Assembly: GCA_030390025.1 (NCBI GenBank)
Contig: JASTWF010000036.1
Location: forward strand, 2,046,001-2,110,000
DNA: 64,000 nucleotides
DNA from: Squalus acanthias
Taxonomy: Eukaryota
Direction: 5' to 3'
Part shown: positions 26,772-39,354 of the stretch, one piece after another
How positions within the stretch are numbered: position 1 is the stretch's first letter
Layout: each line of letters starts with the position of its first letter
Notes under the pieces: generated by a model
The model's input: the letters and a program-made list of their open reading frames with translations, nothing else
Database searches by the model: none
Told to the model about the DNA's origin: nothing
Program-made: the position numbers and the translations under genes

Positions 26772-27120
26772 CTCCTCTTCTTCTTAGGCAGTCCCTCGGA
26801 ACCGAGGATGACTTGCTTCCACACTAAAAATGAGTTCTCAGGTGACTGATGAGTCCAATGCGGGACCTACAGTCTCTGTCACAGGTGGGGCAGACGGTGG
26901 TTGAAGGGGCGGGTGGGTGGGGTGCTTGGGTTGACGTGCGCTCCTTGCGTTGTTTGCGCTTGGCTTCCGCTTGCTCCCGGCGAAGAGACTCGAGGTTGTT
27001 CGGCGCCTTCCCGGATGCTTCTCCTCCACTTTGTGCGGTCTTGGGCCAGGGATTCCCAGGTGTCGGTGGGGATGTTGCACTTTTTCAAGGAGGCTTTGAG
27101 GGTGTCCTTGAAGCGTTTCC
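26772..27120 (-). mobile_element. RTE (BovB-like) LINE 3' fragment
   Basis: Minus-strand KRFKDTLKASLKKCNIPTDTWESLAQDRTKWRRSIREGA, with a (gaa)n-type tail. Confidence 0.8.
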
Positions 27121-27206
27121 TTTTTTATGTAAACTACAGTGTGATGTGTGCCATTGGCACGGTTTATCCTTTGACTAAACTTTGCGTGACCTCTTCTACT
27201 GTTCAG

Positions 27207-27319
27207 GAGCCACAAACATTGAACACGGAAATGTTTTAAAAGAACTACTGCAGACGCAAAACTTCAGGATCAGGGTGGTGGAGGAGGCAGACACTGTAGA
27301 GATCTGCGGGGCCTTAAAG
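27207..27319 (+). CDS. GPD1: GPD1 exon 5, (G)[37 protein letters not shown]
   Basis: gttcag| ... |gtagat, 113 nt. Ends at the catalytic Lys of EICGALKN. Confidence 0.96.
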
Positions 27320-27477
27320 GTAGATAAAGCTCTCCCACGTGGTTTGCCTGCTTATTTTGAGGATTATTATTTTAACTTTCAATTTTACGATTGTGTGTTG
27401 TTCATGAGAATTCAACTGTGTACAGTAGAGATAAGAGTGATTACATTTCTGAAGCGCAAACTTTAGACGGATGGGTG

Positions 27478-27858
27478 TCGGCCGTGGCTCAGTTGGTAGC
27501 ACTCTCGCCTCTGAGTCAGAAGGTCGTGGGTTCAAGTCCCACTCCAGAGACTTGAGCACAACAATCTAGGCTGACACTCCCAGTGCAGTGCTGCACTGTC
27601 GGAGGTGCTGTCTTTCAGATCAGACGTTAAACCGAGGCGGTTTAGCAGATGAATACACGACCTCAGGATGTCCCAAAGCGCTTTACAGCCAATTTTTGAA
27701 GTGTAGTCACTGTTGTAATGTAGGAAACGTGACAGCCAATTTGTGCACAGCAAGCTCCCACAAACAGCAATGTGATAATGACCAGATCATCTGTTTTAGT
27801 GATATTGGTTGAGGGATAAATATTGGCCCCAGGACACCAGAGAGAACTCCCCTGCTTG
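27478..27858. mobile_element. SacSINE1-like head (plus) joined to an inverted tail (minus)
   Basis: Head at 27478-27636 on the plus strand, 3' portion at 27660-27858 on the minus strand. Confidence 0.7.
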
Positions 27859-27945
27859 ACTACATAACAACAGTCCATAACATTTTAAAAGTAATCCATT
27901 GGCTGCAAAGCACTCTGGGACGTACTGAGGCCCTGTTAGACGTAA

Positions 27946-28691
27946 TGGGCCAGAAATTCGGGTCTCCATGGGTGAGTACGCGCTGTGTACTCACCCGAAG
28001 ACCCAACGAAAGTGCCTGTTTCACGCATGCACTGTGCATGCGCTGGAAACCGGAACTTCCGTTCCCTTGAAGGAAGGGGTTCGGAGGTCAAACGCGTGCG
28101 CCGGAGAGGCAGCGCGTACGCAGCGAACTTCCGCTTTTTTTACAGGTTTCTGTGTGAGGGTAAGTCCCCAGCAGCTGCGCGGGGAAAAAGCAGGCGCAAG
28201 GCCTGCTTTTAACAAGGTAAGAGGTGAATTAAGTAAAATTTAAACATTTTTCCCACAGGTTTATCTTTTTTAAATACTTTAAAGAAAGGTAAGTTTATTT
28301 TTAGCCCCGTTAAAAACCGTAATTAATTTTTTCAAAAATTTAAATTTTTGTTTAAAATAGTTAATTTATGTAATTTATAGTTATTTTAAAAATGTGATTT
28401 TTAAAAAAAAATTATTTTAAGTTTTAGTGAGGTTTTGGGGCCGATCTCTATTCTGTCAAATCTATGAATGAAGATTCCCTGCTCCGATTGGCTCTCCATG
28501 GCCCACGTGATCCCAGGGGACGCTTCGAACTAACTGCGCCCCTGGGATACGCGAGCACTGCGCGCCGGCAGCTGCAGGAGGCCCAGGACCCGAATTCCAC
28601 GCGGGCCCCAAGCACAACGGCAGGCGCGGTAGGTGAGTACGCGCGCGATCCTTGCACCCGTGGGAAGCCGGAGAGACGAATTTCTGGCCCA
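27946..28691. mobile_element. Non-autonomous DNA transposon (MITE), possibly PIF/Harbinger-type
   Basis: Perfect 15-bp TIR tgggccagaaattcg / cgaatttctggccca with GC-rich subterminal regions and an AT-rich core. No clear TSD. Confidence 0.8.
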
Positions 28692-28836
28692 GAGGTAAAT
28701 ACCAGTTCTTGTTCTTTTGAATCACCGTTTGGTCAGTGATTCACTGGAATCGTGAGTTATTCAGGCCTCTCCCCAGCTCTGTTTATCTGAATATTGGCTC
28801 ATGCACGGCCTCTTCTCGCCCCCTTTTCTTTTTAAG

Positions 28837-29070
28837 AACGTGGTTGCGGTCGGGGCCGGATTCTGTGATGGACTGGGCTGCGGAGACAACACGAAAGCTG
28901 CCGTGATCCGACTGGGGTTGATGGAGATGATTGCCTTTGCGAGGCTGTACTGCAAGGGCTCGGTGCTGTGCTCAACCTTCTTCGAGAGCTGCGGAGTGGC
29001 GGACCTCATTGCCACCTGCTACGGAGGCCGCAACAGGAAGATTGCGGAAGCGTTCGCAGTAACGGGAAAG
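28837..29070 (+). CDS. GPD1: GPD1 exon 6, [31 protein letters not shown]...[29 protein letters not shown]
   Basis: tttttaag| ... |gtgggg, 234 nt. Contains the family signature motifs. Confidence 0.97.
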
Positions 29071-29479
29071 GTGGGGCGGGGCGGGGGGGGGAACTGAACA
29101 GCCGTATCTCTCAACCCCACCCTGCGCTTCAATCCCGCAGTCGGTAACTAAGTTGAGAACGACCCGAAACCCTATCTCTCCTGTAGACGCCGACTCTTGC
29201 TGGGACCCCGTTCCACAGGCTCCAGCCACCCTTGGGGACCTCGCCCAAGTATCCGTTCTTCAAACGTGAGGCGGCAGTGAATGTCGGCTGGCTATTCCAC
29301 CACGTGTGGCATCACAGCCAAGCCTGATCGTACCCTTATCTGAAATTGCAGGAGTCACTAGATGGTTGATTTCCCCCTTCCTGGTCCAGGAGCACTGCGG
29401 CCTAACGTAAGCTCTCTATCGCGGCCTTGGCTGTAGGTCACAATAGACAGCGAATCCTGCTTAAAGGCAGGTTATGATT

Positions 29480-29805
29480 GTCATCAAGGCTTCTTCGGCA
29501 GCACCTCCCAAACCCGCAACCTCTACCACCTAGAAGGACAAGGGCAGCAGGCGCATGGGAACACCACCAAGTACCCCTCCAAGTCACACACCATCCTGAC
29601 TTGGAAATATATCGCCGTTCCTTCATCATCGCTGGGTCAAAATCCTGGAACTCCCTCCCTAACAGCACTGTTGGAGCACCTTCACCACACGGACTGCAGC
29701 GGTTCAAGAAGGCGGCTCACCACCACCTTCTCAAGGGCAGTTAGGGATGGGCAATAAATGCTGGCCTTGCCAGCGACGCCCAGATCCCATAAGCGAATTT
29801 AAAAA
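29480..29805 (+). mobile_element. 3' end of the second CR1-clade LINE family (same family as 55285-56990)
   Basis: RRSFIIAGSKSWNSLPNSTVG...RFKKAAHHHLLKG. The nucleotide sequence matches 56775-56990. Confidence 0.8.
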
Positions 29806-30556
29806 AAAAACTCACCTATGATCATTAGTTTAGAATTGCTGCGTGCCTGATGCCTGTGTTTTTGTATTTGGGATTTTGGGGTTTTTTGCACTCTGGAGAT
29901 GGAGGACACTCTCCTGACAGAAGGTGTCCCGTTCTCCCCATGGTGCACTGCCTATATTGAGTATGGAGATAAGATCCCTTCGAAATGGCAAAGCTCCTCT
30001 GCTGAAGGCACTGCCTAACCCCGAGGGCGCAATCTCGTTCCCTCACTCAAGTGGCTGCTCTCCAGTGGTTGTTGGCAGTGATTGTCCAAGGGAGAGAGAG
30101 GGGGTGGTGGGGGCCATCAGAACCAAACCAAACCCAACCCTGTCCTCATCCGATTGTTTGTTGGGTAAGGGTAACCAGGGATGCGGAGCAAAGGCGGGTA
30201 AATGGAGCTGAGGTGCAGATCAGCCACGATCTGATTGAATGGCGGAGCAGGCCTGAGGGGCTGAATGGCCTCCTCCTGTTCCTATGTCCCACATCTGCAT
30301 TTTCCAGCAAAAGTAATTTTGGGGGTTGGGGGGCGGAACTCCACCAGGATTGGGAGCCATGGATGAGTACCTCCCTCGCCCAAGTTAAGGGGTACTGAAG
30401 CCAATTGTGTTTGTACGGATTCCAACACTTAATGGGACCACCTTCGGACAGAGGTGACAAATTGAGGTGACAGTGCTCACTTCGCTCAGGAAATCACATG
30501 AATTTGTTTTTAAACTGGCAGCTAAATTCCTGACCGATTCTTGTATCCTTCCTCAG

Positions 30557-30663
30557 TCTATTGAACAGCTGGAAAAAGAGATGCTAAATGGGCAGAAGCT
30601 CCAGGGACCGCAGACAGCTGTTGAAATCAATCGTACTCTGAAGCTCAAAAACCTGGTGGACAA
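30557..30663 (+). CDS. GPD1: GPD1 exon 7, [35 protein letters not shown](K)
   Basis: cctcag| ... |gtaagt, 107 nt. Confidence 0.96.
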
Positions 30664-31251
30664 GTAAGTGTTGTGGAGGCGTGTACTTCAATCCCTGCTC
30701 CCACACCCCGCGGGAGACCAGCCCTCGTCTGGTTTATCCTTGGGCAGCCCATGCTTGGCACACCAAAAAGGCGGTGTCGTCTAGAATCGTACAACACACA
30801 AAGAGGCCATCGACCCATTGTGTCCCTGCCAGCTCTTTGAAGAGCGGTCCAATTAGTCCCACTCCTCTGCGCTTTCCCTGTAGTCCTGCATTTTTTTTTT
30901 TCCTTTTCAAGTATTTATCCAATTTCCTTTTGAAAGTTACTGTTGAATCTACTTTCACCGCCCTTTCAGATCAAAACAACTTGCTGTGTAAAAAAAAAAA
31001 AAAAAAAAAAATCCCATCTTTTCTCCTCCACACACCCCGGTTCTTTTGCCAATGATCTTAAATCTGTCTCTTCTGGTTACTGACCCTCCTGCCAGTGGGA
31101 TAAATATTGGCCCAGGATACCGGGGAGAACTCCCCTGCTCTTCTTTGGAATAGTGCCACGGGATCTTTTACGTTCACCTGAGAGAGCAGACGGGGCCTCG
31201 GTTTAATGTCTCAGACAAACGACTGGGGAGTGTCAGTCTAGATTGCAGAAT

Positions 31252-31680
31252 ACAGCTGTGGCTCTGTGGGTAGCACTCTCGTCTCTAAATCAGAAGGTTG
31301 TGGGTTCAAGTCCCACTCCAGAGATTCGAGCACAAAAATCTAGGCTGACACTCCAGGGCAGTACTGAGGGAGTCTTTCAGATGCGACGTTAAACCAACGC
31401 CTGCTCTCTCAAGTGGACGTAAAAGATCCCATGGCACTATTTTAAAAGAAGAGCAGGGGAGTTCTTCCTGGGGGCCAATATTTATCCCTCAATCAACAAC
31501 ACTAAAAACCAGATGATCGGGTCATTATCACATTGTTGTTTGTGGGAGCTTGCTGTGTGCAAATTGGCTGCTGCGTTTCCTACATTACAACAGTGACTAC
31601 ACTTCAAAAGTACTTCATTGGCTGTGAAGCATTTTGGGTCGTCTTGAGGTCGTGAAAGGCGCTATATAAATGCAAGTCTT
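31252..31680 (+). mobile_element. SacSINE1/Deu-SINE-like, preceded by an inverted fragment at about 31095-31245
   Basis: Matches the other copies. Confidence 0.8.
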
Positions 31681-31883
31681 TTTTCTACACTGCCCCAGTC
31701 GTGTGGCCCGGCTCTAACATTAGACGAGCACGCTGTACGACATTAGTGTAATGCTGTTCCATTTCATAGAAACATAGAAACTAGGAGCAGGAGTAGGCCA
31801 TTCGGCCCGTCGAGCCTGCTCCACCATTCAATACGATCATGGCTGATCATCCAAATCCAGTACCCTGTCCCTGCTTTTCCTAC

Positions 31884-32215
31884 ACAGAATCCCCATTGAG
31901 CCTGCACCGACACGTATCCCACCCTATCCCCGTAACCCCACGTATTTAATTCCCCCTAACATATCCCATCCTATCCCCGTAACCCCACATATTTAATCCC
32001 CCCCCTAACACTAAGGGTCAATTTATCATAGCCAAATCAACCTAACCCGCACATTTTTGGACTGTGGGAGGAAACCGGAGCACCCGGAGGAAACCCACGC
32101 AGACACGGGGAGAATGTGCAAACTCCACACAGACAGTCACCCGAGGCCGGATTCGAACCCGGGTCCCTGGCGCTGTGAGGCACCAGTGCTAACCACTATG
32201 CCACCGTGCCGCCCC
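31884..32215 (-). mobile_element. HE1/V-SINE-like element with an internal tandem duplication
   Basis: Near-identical reverse complement of 23798-24122. The segment tatcccaccctatccccgtaaccccac...ccccctaaca is duplicated at about 31915-32010. Confidence 0.88.
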
Positions 32216-32662
32216 ATGGCAACCATCCTGTGGCCAATGAGTGAAATGACCAACTTAGTACCAATTCATGCCAAAGTAGTGCCAGTTTAGTGCTGTAGGC
32301 CCACACGCACCGGGAACTGGATTGAGTCTACCCAAACTCCTTTCACATAAAGACACGTACAACCAGAAGCAACTTTCGTCCCATCAGTTTGAGCCCAACT
32401 TCCAGCGGTGGAAGGCCCGTGTCTAATTCACTGCCTCAGCTATTCTGCCCCTGTTTTGTAACTTCCTTCGGAGTGCCATTGATGATGTCGGAAGAAATTC
32501 ACAGAGTGAGGCTGCGCGTGGGAAGGGGTGCAAAATGAAACAAGCCAGGAGGGAAAAAGTGTCCGAAATCGGCCGCCTCTTTCGATGATGTGCATATTAG
32601 AATTCAGCTTAATATTCAGCTACGTGCAACTGACTGTGTAAATTTCTTTTGTTTCTTTCCAG

Positions 32663-32759
32663 ATTCCCTCTCTTCACTGCCGTGTACCAGATCTGTTACG
32701 AAGGCAAGCTCGTCTCCGAGTTCATCCAGTGCCTGCAGGATCATCCAGAACACAAGTAA
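32663..32759 (+). CDS. GPD1: GPD1 exon 8, (K)[31 protein letters not shown]
   Basis: tttctttccag| with TAA at 32757-32759. The eight exons sum to 1053 nt (350 aa plus stop). GPD1 rather than GPD1L is inferred from adjacency to SMARCD1. Confidence 0.95.
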
Positions 32760-33424
32760 CCAGGTCGACCTCGAGGAACCCTTTCCAGACATCGCTGGGG
32801 TTTAATTGACTAACTAATCGAACACAGTTCAATTCACGCAAAATATCAAAGCAGTACTCGTGTCACACGCTAAGTATTGGCAAATCTCGCACTCGTACAG
32901 AGAGAAGCAGGTTTTTAACATCGATATAGCTAAATATAAAACATATAATATGTGTGTGTCTGGGGGTAGAGTTTCCGCTTTGGACGCAATCGGGAAATTA
33001 CGCCCAAAATGCGCTTGAAATTTCGCTGGTTTGGTTCGGCTTCAAGTTTATGCTAAAATTAATTTGCATAATCAGCATAAAATCTTCAGGAACCAGTGCA
33101 ATTGGGCAGCGTAATAGAACGCAATTGTTTCTATTTTTTTCTTTCCATTCAAAAGTCTTCCTTGACGTATTTCAGAGTGGTGACCTGGTGCCGTTTTATT
33201 CATGCAGCTGAAAATGGGTTTATCAGCACAATAAGCATGATTAATCAGGGTGTCCAGTCCTCCACCTGAGAGTAACCGGATTTCAAATCACTGAAAATGA
33301 CTTTAAAAAAAAAAATCTATACTGAACCATTGAATAGTTTTATTGCTGTATTCTAATCAGTTTCTTAGTATTAAATATTTTTTGAGATGAAATTTTTTTA
33401 AACGTGCCTACTGGTGCCTATGCG

Positions 33425-34764
33425 CAGGGCCGGCCTTGCGGGTGGGCAACCGTCCAGGGCACCGTGGTCAGGGGAGGTGCCGTGGTCAAGAGGGTCTGAC
33501 GCTAACGGCGTCGACCTCTGCGAAGATCTTGGGGGTGATTTTATCAATGGGGACGTGATGGAGGCGGGAAAGCTGCTTGTCGGGTTTTAGTCCCGCCTCC
33601 ATCGACGTCCGGCCAACCCACGCTATTTTCCCTTGATTGGCCTTGTTAAGCCCGCCCAATTAAGGGAAAGCCAGTGACAGAGAATGTCAGCGTATGACCT
33701 TTCATCTGTCAAAAATTTTTGTGTACTTGTGAGTCCTTGTACTCAAGACTCACTTAGAAAGCTTTCCTGAGCAGAAAGCAGAAGGCTGCTGCATTTAAGA
33801 ATGCAGCAGCCATTCTGTCATCTCTGCTGGTGAGATGAGGCAGCTCCGCAGCCTAAAGGGATGAAGCCTGGAGGAAGAAGCAAAGGTAAGTAATCTTATT
33901 AAAACACTCTACACTCACCTCACACACTTACCTCTCCACACTTGCACTCATCACTCACCTCCACAGCGGACATTTCAGCCTCACTGACCCTGGCGAGGTT
34001 CGGAGCCGTCGGGAAGCCCACACTTCAAGGCTCAAAATAGGGATTAACCAAAAAACTGCCTGTTAACTACCTGTTAACAGGCAGTTAATTGGCACTAATC
34101 CCCTTCCCGCCTCAGGGAGACGGGACCCGGCACGGGTCGGGTACCCGCCTCCTGGGAAGATGGCACGGAGGCGGGTTGGAGGCGGGATGGGTACCCGCTC
34201 CCAGATTCTGCCATTTTCCCGGCAGTCCCGCCTCCAAACCCACCTCCCCAGGGCTGGGAAAATCGCCCCCTATGGCTATCTCAAGTCTGCTTCCAACGGA
34301 CTGTAGCACTCCCCCAGAAGAGCAAACTTCAAGTTTCAAGAGCTAGTTCCCGAACGCATGGATAGCACTCAGGATCCCGTTAGCCATGCCCGCATCAGTG
34401 GCGAGCAGCGAACGGAGCTTCTCGAAGTTGAAGCTCATGAAACCATATTCGCGATCGACCATGGGAGACGCCAGGCTATGTTCGCTGTCCATCGAGAATG
34501 ATGTGGCTCAAAATGTCTTGGTGAACAAAGTTTTTTATTTGTTATCGTTATTTATGAATTTAGTGTTTGATTAATGTTTAGTTTATTTGGCACTTAGCTG
34601 TAATATTTTTTATGACTTGTATCGTTTATTATTTAAATTTAAAAAATTGAGATTACAGCTTTGTTTCTGAAACTTTCGCTAATATTGTTACATACTTAAG
34701 CTCAAAGAAACGGCGGCAAAATACAAGTTCTCCCAGGGCGCCCTTTTCCTTAAGGCCGGCCCTG
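33425..34764 (+). mobile_element. Internally deleted hAT DNA transposon
   Basis: Perfect 13-bp TIR cagggccggcctt, 8-bp TSD cctatgcg / gctgtgcg (6 of 8 match), and a hAT dimerization-domain remnant PASVASSERSFSKLKLMKPYSRSTM at 34386-34520. Confidence 0.88.
33531..34270. mobile_element. Inner MITE nested in the hAT element
   Basis: TIR gggggtgatttt / aaaatcgccccc (11 of 12 match). Confidence 0.6.
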
Positions 34765-36737
34765 GCTGTGCGACTAAGAAAATGAGTGCACTTTGAAGAG
34801 CCTTCCCGAACCACCGCAATTGGCGGAATCTCAGTGTTAACCCGGGGATGTGGCCTGTTTGGTGGGTGAGGCCTGATTCGGGCAAATTGAATCATTAATG
34901 GCGGAAAACACGAGCGTAAGTGGTTTTTGGACATAACTCGCGTTTAAAATTTCCCGATCTTTGTGCTGGTTTGGCCATTTCTGCCTGGGTTACGCTGATA
35001 TTACTCGCATAAACAATCAGAAACTCGACCCCATAATAAACTACTAAAGGATTGGAAAATAAGTCGGTATTCTCATTTCTTGTTCTGCATGCACAAATGG
35101 GCTCAATGCATTGTGAGATTTAGCTTCCAAGTTTTAATTAATTACTGCAAAGGAGGCTCGTTCCCACAATGCATCTGGATCGGTTTTGTTGACTAACTTT
35201 CAGTCAACTCGACCACGACTTTTATCCAATTGTAATTGAAATTGCAGGTGTATTGAGATATAAAATTCTAGCGAAACTGTTGGTCTTAATATATCGTGTG
35301 TAGTTAGAAAAGATCTTTCAGGTTATAGATGTTCCAAGTTGACATCCGTCCGGGTTCTCCTAAGAACTAAAGAGAGCTGGTCATGGGAGCTGAAGGAGAG
35401 GGGTTGAGATGAGAGCTCTTGCATTTGTTTTTAGAACAGGAACAGTTAACCTGGAGTTAAAGCACTCGTGGGAGTTCCAAGATTGTCGCAGCTCCGCAGG
35501 CAGCTCAGCATTGTGGGTCACGAATGTCGGGTCGCTTGCCTCGCTGGCAGCGGCCCAAGGTAAGTCCCAGGAGGGGGGTTGAAGTGGGCTATGGTTGGGG
35601 GGGGGGCGTGAATTTGGAGTCCAAAGAGCATATTTAAAAAAAAATAGTGCCTTTAGTTGGCGGCCGCTGAAGAATCCTGAGCAGAGGGGTCCTTCAACAG
35701 GTGTTAGGCCCCTGATTAACATATGCAAGGCGACTAACTCCTGGTTTAGGTGGTCACCCGGGACGCCGGGAAAAATTGGGCACAGGCTGTCCCAGCTAAT
35801 CCTGTCTAACACCTGGAAAAACAGGCGCAACGCATACCGATTTCTACCCCATGTCTGCATCTGACCTGAGCTGGAGACCATAAAATAGAAAAATGCTACC
35901 CAAACGTTCTCTTAAGAATGAAGCACTCCGAGATGAGAGACCCCTGATCTGCCAGTTCGTTTTATTTCAAAGATTTGTGAAGAATTTTGTATTTTATTTC
36001 CAGCAATAATATGTATTTTATTTTTCATTTAACAATGTATTTCTGGTGCAGGAAGAAGCTGGCCCAGGTTTCTTGTGCTTTTTATTGATACGTGCTGGCT
36101 TTACGAGTGGGCCCATTTTGTGCTTGCAGGCAGCAATTTTTTTTTCTAACTTCCCTGCCCTGTCTAGCTTTATTTTGGGCAAAAGGTGACAGCCCTCACC
36201 CCAATATCAATCCACTTACGACCTGCAATCATTTGTCACTTGTCCTGTAAATTTTATATGGAATTATTTTATTTAACCTCTACCACTCTCTGATGCAGGA
36301 TCTCACAGAATACCAGGTTCTATCAGATGGTGAATTAAATTACAAAGCAGCTAAATCGGCAAGTGTTGAGTGACGTGGAGTTCTGTAATTAAGAGATCAC
36401 ATTACCTTGTTCTTAAAAGGTACACCAAGCCAGTTCACGCAGATTCAGCCCCAGTTACATGGGTTTGAATCTAGTTCTGGGATTTGATATAAATGCTGTC
36501 ATTCCTTGATGGCTAAACATTTTTATGAAGTATGAAGATTCCTTCGGCTGTAATTCTGAACTCTAAGGGGTTCAGATGAACTTTTTGTGAGGGCTTAGAA
36601 ATGTTTCCTAAGATTAGATCGGATGTCCGTACTTTTTTCACTCTTGCCTACAGTCAGGCCTTCAGGGAAGTTGAAGCCTAAATTTAGTTGTCCTGCATAG
36701 AACTCACAGATGGAATATGACGTACAATACAGTGTTA

Positions 36738-37500
36738 TATAAACAGAAAATGCTCAGCAGGTCAGGCAGCATCTGTGGAGAGAGAAACAGAGTTAACGTT
36801 TCAGGTCGATGACCCTTCGTCTGAACTGGAAAAAGTTGGAGATGGAACAGGTTTTTAAGCAAGTGTAGGGGCCGGGAAAGGTGGGAGGGGAGGAGAGGAA
36901 AGAACAAAAGGGAAGGTCTGTGATAGGGTGGAAGGCAGGAGAGACTAAATGAACAGCAGAATAATTACCAGCACCTGCTGTCTCAGAAAATAGGGGCAGA
37001 GGTTATGATCTAAAATTGTTGAATTCAGTGTTGAGTCCGGAAGGCTGTAAAGTGCCTAATTGAAGGATGAGGTGCTGTTCCTCGAGCTTACGTTGAGTTT
37101 CACTGGAACGGTGTAGGAGGCCGTGGCCAGAGTGGGACGAGAGCAGGAAGCGGCACCGATACAGTCATAAATGTACTAGAAAAAGAGGTGAGGGAGGAGA
37201 CCTGAGTGGGACTGGAACAAATAATGTGCCACGTATCCCACAAATCTTTGTTCCAGTCCTACTCGAGTCCCTTCCCGCACCTCTTTTTTTCCGAGTACAT
37301 TCTTTCCCCTCCCCCCCTTTCCCTGCCTCAGTACTTGCTTAAAATCTGTTACATCTCTAACTTTTTCGAGTTCTGACGACAGGTTATCGACCTGAAACAT
37401 TAACTCTGTTTCTCTCTCCACAGATGCTGCCTGACCTGCTGAGTATTTCCAGCATTTTCTGTTTTTATTTCAGATTTCCAGCATCCGCAGTATCTTGCCT
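36738..37500. mobile_element. PLE family 2 insertion with inverted pseudo-LTRs and a GIY-YIG C-terminal remnant
   Basis: 13-bp TSD caatacagtgtta at 36725-36737 and 37501-37513. Minus-strand peptide SSETQRKLEEQHLILQLGTLQPSGLNTEFNNFRS* at about 37003-37120. Hammerhead motif at 37369-37405. Confidence 0.88.
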
Positions 37501-39354
37501 CAATACAGTGTTACTTGTTTTGATCTGTAATTGATATAAAAGAATCCTGTTTGTATATGCATATTAAACCATTGTCTTTATATTAATATAAATCTGAGGT
37601 AAATGCTCATATCAGATGCTAATGTAATTTTAAAATAAAGGCTATATTAATGACCGGTGTTTCAGGGCCTCTGAGTTGTGACACCGTCGTCTCAAAATAT
37701 GTGTCAAATTCTTCTCTCCCTTTTGAAGGGATGTTTAAAACTAATGTGGCATATAATTATTTTAAGGAGTATGATTTAAAAACAAATATATAAAATTTCA
37801 GTAGAGCCCAAAGCTTATGTATATAATTAATTTGTAAAATGTTCATGGAAATCCTTCCCTTCGAGTCCCTTTTTGTTTTGGGGGGAAAAAAAATCTTTTG
37901 ATGTTTTTGTGCTTAACATGGAGCAAGTAAAGACACCCAGGTTGGATTTGATCCTAGTTCTTCGGACAGATGGGTTTGGAGGAATCTTCCAAAGCACGTC
38001 TTGTCGCTGACTGGTAACGTGAGGAGAAAAAGAAAGACTTGCATTTATATAGCCCCTTTCATGACCTCCGGACGCCCCAAAGCGCTTTACAGCCAATGAA
38101 GCACTCCCTCAGTACGGTACTGGGAGTGTCGGCCTGGATTATCTGCTCAAGTCTCTGCTCCCCTTGCACTTCGTACTGCCTAGACCATAAACTCAGCAGG
38201 TTGGGAGGAAGGGAAACCTGCCCCAACACCCAACATTTCTGTGTCCATTGCCGAAGAGCTTACTGGAAAGAGTTAGTTAGGGAGAACCACAGAACCTCAA
38301 AGTTATAATTATGCACAGATTCAAGTCCCACTCCAGCGTCTTGAGCACAAAAATCCAGGCTGATACACTCAGTATAGTACGGGCCTCAGTGTGCTGCCCT
38401 CCTGCTCCCCACTCAAGCCTGCTGACACTCCCCTGTAGGCCACTTGAGCAAGGTGCTGGAAGGCCTCCCGCGCGAATGCGAGACTCGGCATACTGAGGAG
38501 AGGAGAAAATTGAGGGAAGGGAGAATTCCTGTTAACTTGTAGTGGTGATGGCACAAATTGAATATTGTGGTGCAGATGCGTGGACTGGGTGGGGCAGTCT
38601 GACGATAGACACTGCCCGTGGCACCCATCGGAGGAAATATAGAAAGCCTTCCACAACACTCGGACCTCGATCAAAATAACCTGCTGTAGATATAAGAGAA
38701 GCAGATGGGAGGAAATGCTTGCAATGATTCAGACTCCTGCTACCATGCTGGAGCTGCCATTTTGTTTCTGTTTCTGACTGGACCCCCCCACCCCACCCCC
38801 AGATTGACTCCGTGTGAGTACTGATGATTCATTGTGATTAACTGTGGCAAAACATTTTATCAGTGTAAATGTCAACTGGACATTCTTAATAGTGATCCAA
38901 ATGGTGAATGTAGGCCTCTTGGAGAAGCCTGTTGTATAGAAATGGTTTGGCCAATAATGTTGCCCTGGATGTCGCTGATCTCATTTGCAATGGTTTTAAC
39001 GAGCCATTTAAGCTCATTTTGCTCTGTACACTCGCGATCCTGAATGGATGGGACGCTGTACTATAAGGCCTTGGTAATCTGGAGTCACTAGGTTTATTCA
39101 GTGTATCTACAATACAGGCAAAAACACCACCCCAAATTGCTCCCGTCACTTGCACCAATGACCAGGCCCTAGTGTTAGACAGCTCAAACAATACTCTCTC
39201 CCGACGCAACCCTAGTTTGAAAGCACGAAAGCTCCAAATAGACTTATCAGTCTGTGACATCAACAGCAACTTGGAGTGTGGTGGCTGTTTATGCAGTTAA
39301 ATGTGGCTGCTATTCAACCCCAACAACATTGGCAGTGAGATGACATACCGGTTA

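Larger units (their letters stand above)
32962..35032. mobile_element. Outer MITE hosting the hAT element
   Basis: Imperfect TIR ggggtagagtttc / gaaactcgacccc. Confidence 0.55.

Noticed and set aside
34386..34574. Domesticated hAT / ZMYM-like gene
   Set aside because: Only a short decayed dimerization-domain remnant inside a TIR-bounded deletion derivative.
35400..35851. Further MITE ending ccgatttctacccca
   Set aside because: Only one convincing terminus was found, with no matching left TIR.
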